Shown: positions 1 through 10,246, counted from the first letter of the stretch. The stretch: 32,000 nt of DNA from Buchnera aphidicola (Therioaphis trifolii) (GCF_005080705.1 NZ_CP032996.1:180001-212000); one strand, 5' to 3'. Numbers and translations: made by a program. Notes: generated by a model not told the origin, from the letters alone.

Positions 1-852
1 TTAGAAAAATTAATTTTTTCAGGATCTTTTGATTGTTTTAAAATAAAAAGATATATATTAATTTATTTAATACCTAAAGCAATAAAATTATCTAAAGAAT
101 ATGATATTTTTAAAAATATTAATCAATTAAATTTATTAAAAAAGCAAAAAAATAATCATTTAACATCATATTATTTATCTTCTACAAATCAATCTAATTA
201 TTTTTCTTATAAAAAACAATTAGATTATGAAAAAGATGTATTAGGATTTTATTTAACTGGACATCCTATTATTGAATATCTTCGTGAATTAAATTATTAT
301 AGTAATATATTTGAAAATAATAAAAATAAAAATTGTAAATTTAATTTAATTAAATTATTTGGAATAATATCATCTATACATTTTAAAATAACAAAAAAAA
401 ATAAAAATATTATATTTTTAGAAATAACAAATCAATGTAATAATTTTGAAGTTATAATTTTTGATCATTTAATTAAAGTATATAAAAATATATTAAAAAA
501 AGATGCTATAATTATTATTTTAGGTAAAATTATTATAAAAAATAATATTAGAAAAACCCGATTAATAGCTCATTCTATGATTAGTCTTGATGATGCCAGA
601 AATATTTATGTAAAAAAAATAATATTAATTATTTATCAAAATATTTTTTATAAAGAAATATTACATGATATTAAAAATAATATATTATTTTCATTAGGTG
701 GAAATATTCCAATATATATTTGTTATAAATTAAATAATAATCATTCAAATGTTAAATTACATAATCGATGGAATGTTATATTAAGTGAAAAATTAATTGT
801 TAAATTAAAAAATTTATTAGGTGATAATGGTGTACATTTAAGTTTTTTATAA
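1..852 (+). CDS. dnaE: DNA polymerase III alpha subunit, C-terminal fragment; the 5' end lies upstream of the window
   Basis: I translated frame 1 by hand and it is open from base 1 to the TAA at 850-852. The 577..852 ORF in the track is only its last in-frame Met segment. The translation LEKLIFSGSFDCF...YEKDVLGFYLTGHPIIEYLRE... resembles the conserved C-terminal part of Pol III alpha, followed by an OB-fold-like tail. Position next to proS matches Buchnera synteny. Confidence 0.85.
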   Translation, partial: LEKLIFSGSFDCFKIKRYILIYLIPKAIKLSKEYDIFKNINQLNLLKKQKNNHLTSYYLSSTNQSNYFSYKKQLDYEKDVLGFYLTGHPIIEYLRELNYYSNIFENNKNKNCKFNLIKLFGIISSIHFKITKKNKNIIFLEITNQCNNFEVIIFDHLIKVYKNILKKDAIIIILGKIIIKNNIRKTRLIAHSMISLDDARNIYVKKIILIIYQNIFYKEILHDIKNNILFSLGGNIPIYICYKLNNNHSNVKLHNRWNVILSEKLIVKLKNLLGDNGVHLSFL

Positions 853-2535
853 TTTTATTTTTTTAATAATAAAATTTATAATATTATTAATATGAATAAT
901 AATTTTTTTATCAATATTTTTTCTTTCCTGATATTCTATAGTTTGATTTTTAATAGTATTTTTATTAATAATAATAATATTAGGAATACCAATTAAATTA
1001 GCATCAGAAAATATTACTCCAGTTTGTTCATTACGATCTTCTAATAATACTTTAATGTTTTTTTTTTTAAATTTATAATATAAATATTCTGATATTTCTT
1101 GAATTTTTTTACATTTATTATTTTTAATAGGTATAATTAATAATTGAAATGGAGCAATATTTTTTGGCCAAATGATTCCTTTTTTATCATGATTTTGTTC
1201 AATAATAGTTGAAATTAATCTAGTAACTCCAATACCATAACATCCCATATGTATAAATTTCTTTATTCCATTAATATTTAAAATTTTAGCATCAATAATT
1301 TTAGAATATTTTTTTCCTATTTGAAATATATGCCCTATTTCAATACAATTTTTGATTTTATATTTTTTATTATTATTAATAATGATATTATCAACTTTTA
1401 TATTTTTAAAATATTGATCAAAAATATTAAATTTAAAATATTTGTCATTAATAATATTTAATGGAATTATTTTTTTTAAATATAATATATGAATATCTAT
1501 AATTAAAAAGAATAAATTATTATTTTTTTTTTTAGAAAATATATTTTTAATTTCTGATTTTGTTGCGAAAATAATGTTTTTATTATTTAAATTTAAATTT
1601 TTTATTTTTTTTATTTTATTAATATCTAATAAATGATCACCCCGAATCATACACCCAATGAAATAATTATTTTTGTTTTTATTAATTTTCATAATAAAAT
1701 TTTTAATAATATTTTTTTTCATATTATTACATATATTTTTTATTTCATATTTATTTTTATTGTTTATTTTTTTTACATGAATTTTTTTTTTATAAAAAAA
1801 ATTATTTTCGATAAATTTTTTTGTTAAAAGATTAATATTATTTATTTTTTTATTTTTATTATAAGAAATAATAATTTTATCTTCTCCAGATTTTGATAAT
1901 GCTTGAAATTCATGAGAATAATTTCCACCAATAATTCCACATTCAGCTTTTACTGAATAAAAATTAATATTCATTTTTTTAAAAATTTTTTCATATATTA
2001 AACGCATTTTTTTATATTTTTTTTTTAAACAATCCATATTTTCATGAAAAGAATATGCATCTTTCATAATAAATTCACGAGTTCTAGTAATTCCAAATCT
2101 TGGTCGAATTTCATCTCTAAATTTTGTTTGTATTTGATATAATGTAATTGGTAATTTTTTATATGACATAATTTCTTGTTTAATAAAATCTGTTACCATT
2201 TCTTCATATGTTGGACTTAATATAAAACAATTATTATTTCTATCGTATAATTTTATTAATTCTTTTCCATATTGTTTAAATCGATTACTTTTTTTCCATA
2301 ATTCATCTGATTGCATAATTGGAAAACAAATTTCATTTGCTCCTACAATATCCATTTCAGTTCTTATGATTTTTTTTATATTTTTTAAAACTTTTAATCC
2401 ATTTGGTAACCAGGTATATATTCCAGAATTTGATTGTCTAATTAATCCCGATTTTAACATTAATTGATGACTAGTAGATTCAATATGATCTGGTATTTTT
2501 TTTAATGTATATAATAAATATTTACTTGTTCGCAT
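847..2535 (-). CDS. proS: Prolyl-tRNA synthetase (bacterial type with an inserted editing-domain region)
   Basis: 562-aa ORF. N-terminus MRTSKYLLYTLKKIP...SHQLMLKSGLIRQ, then class II motifs (FRDEIRPRFGITRTREFIMKDAYSF; GCYGIGVTRLI) and a C-terminal anticodon-binding region. Length is close to E. coli ProS (about 572 aa). Confidence 0.95.
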   Translation of the reverse strand: MRTSKYLLYTLKKIPDHIESTSHQLMLKSGLIRQSNSGIYTWLPNGLKVLKNIKKIIRTEMDIVGANEICFPIMQSDELWKKSNRFKQYGKELIKLYDRNNNCFILSPTYEEMVTDFIKQEIMSYKKLPITLYQIQTKFRDEIRPRFGITRTREFIMKDAYSFHENMDCLKKKYKKMRLIYEKIFKKMNINFYSVKAECGIIGGNYSHEFQALSKSGEDKIIISYNKNKKINNINLLTKKFIENNFFYKKKIHVKKINNKNKYEIKNICNNMKKNIIKNFIMKINKNKNNYFIGCMIRGDHLLDINKIKKIKNLNLNNKNIIFATKSEIKNIFSKKKNNNLFFLIIDIHILYLKKIIPLNIINDKYFKFNIFDQYFKNIKVDNIIINNNKKYKIKNCIEIGHIFQIGKKYSKIIDAKILNINGIKKFIHMGCYGIGVTRLISTIIEQNHDKKGIIWPKNIAPFQLLIIPIKNNKCKKIQEISEYLYYKFKKKNIKVLLEDRNEQTGVIFSDANLIGIPNIIIINKNTIKNQTIEYQERKNIDKKIIIHINNIINFIIKKIKL

Positions 2536-2672
2536 TTTTTTAATTAAAATAGTTATTGAAATGATTATAATTTTTAATGTTAATTTATTATTTTAAATGG
2601 AATTAATTTTATTAAAATTATTTTTAAAATTTATATAACTAATTTTTTTATTATTTATTTAAGGTATATATT

Positions 2673-3410
2673 TTGAATTCAGATGATATACAAGATAAAA
2701 CTGAAGAACCTACATATAATCGAATTAAACAAGTTAAAAAAAAAGGTATTCAAAATTATTCTAATGAATTAAATTTTTTTATATTATTAATATCTTTATT
2801 TATTACAGGTTTTTTTTATAGTAATAAAATTTTAATTATTTTTTTTAAATTAATGTTTTATAGTTTTTCATTTAATCATTTTATTATTAAGAATAATTTT
2901 TTTTCATATATTATAATGATTGAATTATATAAAATATTTTTTTTATTTTCTTTTTTTTATATATTAATATTTTTTTTAATTTTAACTACTTCATTTTTTT
3001 TTAATGGATTTTATATTCAATTAAATTTTATAAAATTTAATAATTTTAATATTAATTTTTTAAAAATTATTGATAATATATTTTCCATTGAATTATATAT
3101 TAATTTTTTAAAAATATTTTTAAAATTATTAATATTTTTTATAATATTTATATTTTATTTTAAAATATATTTTATAAAAATAATTAATTTAAGTTATTTA
3201 CCTTATTTTTCATCTTTTATATTAGGTATACATATTATCATTAATATTTTGATTTTATTGTTTATTAGTATTATTCCAATAGTAATTTTTGATATTTTTT
3301 GGAAAAAGTTTAATTATTATAAAACATTAAAAATGAGTAGAAAAGAAATTGAAGATGAATATAAAAATGAAAAAGGTAATTCTGATATTAAAAAAAAAAT
3401 AAAAAAATGA
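2673..3410 (+). CDS. flhB: Flagellar type III export gate protein FlhB, N-terminal transmembrane domain only (C-terminally truncated relative to the roughly 380-aa enterobacterial protein)
   Basis: TTG start at 2673 preceded by AAGG at 2661-2664. N-terminus MNSDDIQDKTEEPTYNRIKQVKKKG resembles enterobacterial FlhB (MAEESDDDKTEAPTPHRLEKAREEG, recalled). C-terminus IIPIVIFDIFWKKFNYYKTLKMSRKEIEDEYKNEKGNSDIKKKIKK resembles VIPMVGFDVFFQIFSHLKKLRMSRQDIRDEFKESEGDPHVKGRIRQ. The ORF stops there, and only 76 nt follow before flhA. Confidence 0.75.
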   Translation: MNSDDIQDKTEEPTYNRIKQVKKKGIQNYSNELNFFILLISLFITGFFYSNKILIIFFKLMFYSFSFNHFIIKNNFFSYIIMIELYKIFFLFSFFYILIFFLILTTSFFFNGFYIQLNFIKFNNFNINFLKIIDNIFSIELYINFLKIFLKLLIFFIIFIFYFKIYFIKIINLSYLPYFSSFILGIHIIINILILLFISIIPIVIFDIFWKKFNYYKTLKMSRKEIEDEYKNEKGNSDIKKKIKK

Positions 3411-3486
3411 AAAATTAATTAATATTTAAATATAATATTTTCAATATTATAATTTAAGTGTAATTAATTTATAATGAGTATATATT

Positions 3487-5586
3487 ATGTTAAGTATTTT
3501 TAATATATTATTAATATTTAAATTTTTAAGAAAAATATTTTGGAAAGAATGGATTGGACCAATTTTTATATTAATAATTTTATTTATGATGATATTACCT
3601 TTATCATCTTTTATGTTAGATATTTTTTTTACTTTTAATATTACTATGTCAATAATAGTATTATTAATATCATTTTTTATAAAAAATACTTTAGAATTTT
3701 CAATTTTTCCTACTATATTATTATTTTTAACTTTATTTAGATTATCTTTAAATATTGCTTCAACTCGAATTATTTTATTAAAAGGTCATATTGGTACATT
3801 TTCTGCAGGACATGTTATTAAATCTTTTGGTTCTTTTTTAATTGGAGATAATTTTTTAATTGGTATAATAATATTTATTATTTTAATAATTATTAATTTT
3901 ATTGTAATTACAAAAGGTTCTAGTCGTATTGCTGAAGTAAGTGCAAGATTTATTTTGGATAGTATGCCAGGAAAACAAATGGCAATTGATTCTGATTTAA
4001 ATTCTGGTTTAATTAATATAAAACAAGCAAAAATTAGGAGATTAAAAATAGAAGAAGAAGCAAATTTTTATGGTGCTATGGATGGTTCTAGTAAATTTAT
4101 AAGAGGTGATGCAATATCTAGTATTTTAATTATGATTGTTAATATTTGTGGAGGTTTAGTTGTTGGTTTAATTGAACATAATATGACGTTATATGAAGCT
4201 AGTAGGATATATACAACATTAACTATTGGAGATGGTTTAGTAGCTCAGATACCAGCATTAGTTATTTCTATATCTTGTGGAGTGATTTTAACTCGAGTAA
4301 GTAATAATAAAAATATTAATGAACAAATAATTAATCAAATTTTTTTTAATTCTGAAATATTTATATTAAGTAGTTTAATATTAATTATTTTTGGATTAAT
4401 TCCTGGAATGCCAAATTTAATTTTTTTATTATTTGCTTTTTTATTAATTATTATTGCATATTTTTTATATTATTTTCAATATGAAAAATATAATTTTTTA
4501 AAAATAAATAAAAATAAATTTATAAATTTAAATAATAATAAAGAATCAAATATTTTATCTTGGAAAAATGTAACTTTTGAAGATATAATTAAAATAGAAT
4601 TAGATTTTTTTCTTTATCCAATGATTAATAATGATAATCGTAATAATTTATTTTTTCATATATCAAAATTACGTTTAGATTTTGCAAAAAAAATTGGATT
4701 TCTTCCTGAAAAAATTAATATTGTATGTAATAATCATTTATTACCTTATCATTATCGTATTTTAATACATGGTATAGAATTAGGTTCTGGGAAAATCTTT
4801 CCTAATAAATTCATAGCAATTAATAAATGCAATATTAATGAAATATTGTCAGATCATAAAATTATTGATCCAATTTTTGGATATCCTGCTTTTTGGATTA
4901 CACCCCAATTAAAATATTATGCTAAACAAAAAAAATATCATGTTATGAATTCACAATCAATAATTGTTGAACATTTAAATAATATTATGTATTCTAATTT
5001 AAAAGATTTATTTGGAAGATTAGAAGTACAAAAATTATTAAAATATATTTCTATTAAAATGCCAAAATTAACTGAAGAATTAATTCCAAATATCATTAAT
5101 ATAACATGTTTACATAAAATATTAAAAAATTTACTTTTTGAAAATATTCCTATTCGTGATATGAGAACTATTTTAGAATCGTTAATTGAACATTCTTTAA
5201 TTCATAAAAATTCTGATAAATTAACAAGTTTAGTTCGTTTATCTTTAAATAAATTTATAACTCAAAATTTTATCTCTCATAATAAAAAAATATATGTTAT
5301 TAACTTAGATCCAAATTTAGAAAATTCAATATTAAATATCATGAAAGATAAAAAAAAATTTATTCAAAGTGATTTAAATAGTTTTTTTTTAAAAAAAATA
5401 AATTTAGTTTTAAAAAAACAACATTCTATGAATTTACCATTAATTTTATTAGTTAGACATAAAATACGTATGTTTTTATCTTACTTTTTAAAAAAATATT
5501 TTCCTAGATTAATTGTATTATCTGATTTAGAAATATCAAATGAAAAAAAAATTTTTATTATTAATACTATTAAATTACAAAATTAA
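3487..5586 (+). CDS. flhA: Flagellar type III export apparatus protein FlhA
   Basis: 699-aa ORF. The N-terminal membrane domain carries the conserved block FPTILLFLTLFRLSLNIASTRIIL...SRIAEVSARFILDSMPGKQMAIDSDLNSGLI...EEEANFYGAMDGSSKFIRGDAI, followed by a large cytoplasmic C-terminal domain. Full length compared with E. coli FlhA (about 692 aa). Confidence 0.93.
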   Translation: MLSIFNILLIFKFLRKIFWKEWIGPIFILIILFMMILPLSSFMLDIFFTFNITMSIIVLLISFFIKNTLEFSIFPTILLFLTLFRLSLNIASTRIILLKGHIGTFSAGHVIKSFGSFLIGDNFLIGIIIFIILIIINFIVITKGSSRIAEVSARFILDSMPGKQMAIDSDLNSGLINIKQAKIRRLKIEEEANFYGAMDGSSKFIRGDAISSILIMIVNICGGLVVGLIEHNMTLYEASRIYTTLTIGDGLVAQIPALVISISCGVILTRVSNNKNINEQIINQIFFNSEIFILSSLILIIFGLIPGMPNLIFLLFAFLLIIIAYFLYYFQYEKYNFLKINKNKFINLNNNKESNILSWKNVTFEDIIKIELDFFLYPMINNDNRNNLFFHISKLRLDFAKKIGFLPEKINIVCNNHLLPYHYRILIHGIELGSGKIFPNKFIAINKCNINEILSDHKIIDPIFGYPAFWITPQLKYYAKQKKYHVMNSQSIIVEHLNNIMYSNLKDLFGRLEVQKLLKYISIKMPKLTEELIPNIINITCLHKILKNLLFENIPIRDMRTILESLIEHSLIHKNSDKLTSLVRLSLNKFITQNFISHNKKIYVINLDPNLENSILNIMKDKKKFIQSDLNSFFLKKINLVLKKQHSMNLPLILLVRHKIRMFLSYFLKKYFPRLIVLSDLEISNEKKIFIINTIKLQN

Positions 5587-5591
5587 AAATT

Positions 5592-7325
5592 TTACATATA
5601 GTTTACAGTTTTTATTCCTAATAATTTTAATCCTAATTTAATTATTCTTGCTATTAAAAATGATAATTTTAATCTACTTTTTTGTATATTAATTCTTTTA
5701 GCATAAATAATAGGATATTTTTCATAAAAAATTGAAAATAGCGAAGATATTTGAAATAAATATAAACATAAAATATGTGGCATACCATTATTTTTAATAT
5801 TTTGAATTGTTTCTTCAAATTGTAATATTTTAATAGATAATTTAATTTCAATATTATTTGTTAATATAATTTTTTTATTTATTTTTAAAGGAGAAAATTT
5901 AGATTTTCTAATAATTGATTGAATTCTAGTATATGTATATTGTATATAAAGAGCTGTATTTCCATGAAAAGATAACATATTATTCCAATTAAATATATAA
6001 TTTTTTTCTCTATTTTTTGATAAATCTGCATATTTTATTGCACTAATTCCAATAATTTTTGATAATTGGGATATTTTTTTTTTATTGAAATTTGGATTTT
6101 TATGTTTTATTATTTTTTTTGATTTTTTTATTGATTCATTAATTAATGAAGATAGTTTAATTAATTTTCCATCTCTAGTTTTAAATGGTTTATTATTTTT
6201 TGTTAGAACCATTCCAAATATATGATGTTCTAAATTAAAATTTTTAGGTATATATTTTGCTTTTTTTGCAATTATTTCAATTTGTTTTAAATGTTGTTTT
6301 TGACGTACATCTGTATAATAAATAATTCTATTTGCATTTAGTTTATTTATTCGATATTTTAAACATGCTAAATCAATAGTAGAATATAAAAAACTAGTAT
6401 CTTTTTTTTGAATAATTACTCCCATAGGTTGACCATTTTTATTTTTTATATTTTTTAAATATATTATAGTATTACCGTTTTTTTTTGTTGCAATTTTTTT
6501 TTTTTTTAAATCAAGTATAATATTTGATAAATATTTAATATAAAAACTTTCTCCAATATTATGTTTATTTTTTAAAGTTATATTTAATTGATTGTATATT
6601 TTTTTATTTTGTTTTATTGTAATTTTTACAATTTTTTTCCATAACTTTATATATTTTTGATTTTTATTTTGTAATTTTAATATACATTTTGTTACTTTAA
6701 TTTTAAATGTATTATCATTTTCATATAATTTTTTTGATTTTTGATAATATTTTTCTAAATCTTTTAATGATAATTTTTTATTTATTTGATTTATGTATTT
6801 TTTTTTTAAATATGCAATTAATAAACCAAATTGAAATCCCCAATCTCCAATATGATTAATACGAATTACATTATGTTTTAAAAAACTTAAAGTTCGTGCC
6901 ATAACATCACCTAAAATTGTTGATCTTAAATGTCCAACATGCATTTCTTTAGCCATATTAGGAGATGAATAATCTATTATAATGTTTTTAGGTTTTTCTT
7001 TTGGTATTCCTAAACTATTTGAATATATTATTTTTTCAATTTCTTCTGATAACCATATTTCATTAAAAAAAATATTAATAAATCCTGGAGCAGAATATTT
7101 TATTTTTTTATAAATATTATTATCTTGTAAATAATAAATAAATTTTTTTGATAATTCTTCTGTATTTATTTTTAATAATTTTGAAATTTTTATTATTCCG
7201 TTAATTTGATAATTTCCAATTTTAGATTTTGATGTTATTTGAATAAAAGAAATAAATTTTTTAGGTATTTTAGATTTTAATGCACATATTTTTATATCTT
7301 TTTTTAAAATTAATTCAATATTCAT
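5592..7325 (-). CDS. argS: Arginyl-tRNA synthetase
   Basis: 577-aa ORF, the same length as E. coli ArgS. It has a class I HIGH-type motif (SSPNMAKEMHVGHLRSTILGD) and a C-terminal DALR-like anticodon-binding domain ending ...GIKTVNYM. The argS-rrs adjacency is typical of Buchnera. Confidence 0.95.
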   Translation of the reverse strand: MNIELILKKDIKICALKSKIPKKFISFIQITSKSKIGNYQINGIIKISKLLKINTEELSKKFIYYLQDNNIYKKIKYSAPGFINIFFNEIWLSEEIEKIIYSNSLGIPKEKPKNIIIDYSSPNMAKEMHVGHLRSTILGDVMARTLSFLKHNVIRINHIGDWGFQFGLLIAYLKKKYINQINKKLSLKDLEKYYQKSKKLYENDNTFKIKVTKCILKLQNKNQKYIKLWKKIVKITIKQNKKIYNQLNITLKNKHNIGESFYIKYLSNIILDLKKKKIATKKNGNTIIYLKNIKNKNGQPMGVIIQKKDTSFLYSTIDLACLKYRINKLNANRIIYYTDVRQKQHLKQIEIIAKKAKYIPKNFNLEHHIFGMVLTKNNKPFKTRDGKLIKLSSLINESIKKSKKIIKHKNPNFNKKKISQLSKIIGISAIKYADLSKNREKNYIFNWNNMLSFHGNTALYIQYTYTRIQSIIRKSKFSPLKINKKIILTNNIEIKLSIKILQFEETIQNIKNNGMPHILCLYLFQISSLFSIFYEKYPIIYAKRINIQKSRLKLSFLIARIIKLGLKLLGIKTVNYM

Positions 7326-7455
7326 ATTTTATTTATTTAATAATTTTTATTTTTATTGTTAATAGATATATTGTAATATTCTTTTAAATTTATTTTTATT
7401 TTTTAAATTTAACAATTTTAAAAAAAAATAAAATAAAAAAAAATTAATAAATATA

Positions 7456-7483
7456 TTGACATATTTTTGGAATCATGTAATAT
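7456..7483 (+). promoter_or_regulatory. Putative sigma70 promoter of the 16S rRNA transcription unit
   Basis: Consensus -35 TTGACA at 7456-7461, a 16-nt spacer, and a -10-like TAATAT at 7478-7483 with TG immediately upstream (7476-7477). It lies about 165 nt upstream of the mature 16S 5' end and upstream of a boxA-like element. -10-like hexamers are frequent in DNA this AT-rich. The perfect -35 with correct spacing is what makes this one stand out. Confidence 0.55.
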
Positions 7484-7505
7484 ATATTTAGAAGTACATT
7501 AAATA

Positions 7506-7518
7506 CGCTCTTTAAAAA
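7506..7518 (+). promoter_or_regulatory. boxA-like rRNA antitermination element in the 16S leader
   Basis: CGCTCTTTAAAAA matches the E. coli rrn boxA TGCTCTTTAACAA (from memory) at 11 of 13 positions. It sits between the putative promoter and the leader half of the 16S processing stem, as in enterobacterial rrn operons. Confidence 0.5.
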
Positions 7519-7543
7519 TTAGTCAGATAATTCATGTGGGCAC
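7519..7543 (+). promoter_or_regulatory. 5' half of the 16S rRNA processing stem (predicted RNase III substrate)
   Basis: 7519-7543 (ttagtcagataattcatgtgggcac) pairs with 9226-9250 (gtgcccacatgaattatctgattaa). I checked base by base: 24 Watson-Crick pairs plus one G-U. The two halves bracket the mature 16S. Confidence 0.75.
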
Positions 7544-7644
7544 AAAAAATTAATAGCCAAATATAATTTTACTAACTTTTTTAGTAAAATGTTAAATCTT
7601 AAAAAGCTTTAAATTATTATTTTTTTATTAAAATAATAATTATT

Positions 7645-9201
<1,557 letters not shown>

Positions 9202-9225
9202 AATAAAATGCAATTAATTTTTATA

Positions 9226-9250
9226 GTGCCCACATGAATTATCTGATTAA
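9226..9250 (+). promoter_or_regulatory. 3' half of the 16S rRNA processing stem
   Basis: Reverse-complementary to 7519-7543 (see that feature). It lies in the 58-nt spacer between the 16S 3' end and tRNA-Ile. Confidence 0.75.
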
Positions 9251-9259
9251 AATATTTAT

Positions 9260-9333
<74 letters not shown>

Positions 9334-9342
9334 ATAAGAACC

Positions 9343-9415
9343 GGGGCTGTAGCTCAGCTGGGAGAGCGCCTGCTTTGCACGCAGGAGGTCAGCGGTTCAA
9401 TCCCGCTTAGCTCCA
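9343..9415 (+). tRNA. alaT: tRNA-Ala (anticodon TGC)
   Basis: ggggctgtagctcagctgggagagcgcctgctttgcacgcaggaggtcagcggttcaatcccgcttagctcca. The G3:U70 alanine identity pair is present and the anticodon loop is ttTGCac. No CCA is encoded (next bases are atat). Confidence 0.95.
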
Positions 9416-9435
9416 ATATTTATAAAAATAAATTT

Positions 9436-10152
9436 ATGAATAATATAATGAATCGTAAAATATCAATCGATATTGAAACAACTGGAATGAATGATTCTGG
9501 ATTATTATATAAGAATCATAAAATTATAGAAATTGGAGCAATAGAAATTATTAATAGAAAAATAACAAAAAATTTTTTTCATGTATATTTAAATCCTGAA
9601 AGAGAAATTGATATTGAAGCTTTTAAGGTTCATGGAATAACAAAAAAATTTTTAATTAATAAACCAAAATTTTCAGATATTTATGACAATTTTATTCAAT
9701 ATATTAAAAATTCAGAAATTATAGTACATAATGAAGAATTTGATATTTCATTTTTAAATTATGAAATTAAAAAATTAAATAATAAATTTTATACAATAAA
9801 TAAATATTGTAAAATAATTGATACATTAAAAATCGCTAGAAAAATTTTTCCAGGAAAAAAAAATAATTTAGATATTTTATGTAGTAGATATAAAATTAAT
9901 ACTATTAATAGAAAATTACATAGTGCCATAATAGATGCTAATTTATTAGCTAAATTATATTTACGAATGACTAGTTTTCAAAAAAAAATAAAATTTAATA
10001 ATTTTATAGATCAAGATAATAAATGTAATATTTATAAAAATAAATTAAATAATTCATTACGGGTTTTAAAAGCATCAGATTTTGAAAATCAAAAACATTT
10101 AAAATATTTAAAAAATATGGAAAAAAATAATAATTGTTTATGGATGAATTAA
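9436..10152 (+). CDS. dnaQ: DNA polymerase III epsilon subunit (3'-5' proofreading exonuclease)
   Basis: Start chosen at the ATG at 9436 (MNNIMNRKISIDIETTGMN...). The track ORF start at 9301 runs through tRNA-Ile and tRNA-Ala and is an artefact. ExoI (DIETTG), ExoII (HNEEFDISFL) and ExoIII (HSAIIDANLLAKLYL) motifs are all present. 238 aa versus about 243 in E. coli. It is followed by tRNA-Asp, as in E. coli (dnaQ-aspV). Confidence 0.9.
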   Translation: MNNIMNRKISIDIETTGMNDSGLLYKNHKIIEIGAIEIINRKITKNFFHVYLNPEREIDIEAFKVHGITKKFLINKPKFSDIYDNFIQYIKNSEIIVHNEEFDISFLNYEIKKLNNKFYTINKYCKIIDTLKIARKIFPGKKNNLDILCSRYKINTINRKLHSAIIDANLLAKLYLRMTSFQKKIKFNNFIDQDNKCNIYKNKLNNSLRVLKASDFENQKHLKYLKNMEKNNNCLWMN

Positions 10153-10172
10153 ATTTTTTTATAATATTTTTT

Positions 10173-10246
10173 GGTGCGGTAGTTCAGTTGGTTAGAATAT
10201 TGGCTTGTCACGCCGGAGGTCACGGGTTCGAATCCCGTCCGCACCG
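10173..10246 (+). tRNA. aspV: tRNA-Asp (anticodon GTC)
   Basis: ggtgcggtagttcagttggttagaatattggcttgtcacgccggaggtcacgggttcgaatcccgtccgcaccg. The acceptor stem ggtgcgg/ccgcacc is perfect and the anticodon loop is ttGTCac. No CCA is encoded. It is followed by the T-rich tract tttattttttt (10247-10257). Confidence 0.93.

Noticed and set aside
577-852. The 91-aa ORF as an independent small gene
   Set aside because: The same frame is open back to base 1 and the upstream translation is clearly DnaE. The Met at 577 is internal.
1633-1827. 64-aa ORF antisense to proS. The same applies to 5669..5851 (out of frame, within argS) and 14818..15078 (antisense to lepB).
   Set aside because: They lie within well-supported conserved genes, have low-complexity I/F/N/Y composition, and are only 60-86 aa. 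They are typical chance ORFs opposite K/N/I-rich coding sequence.
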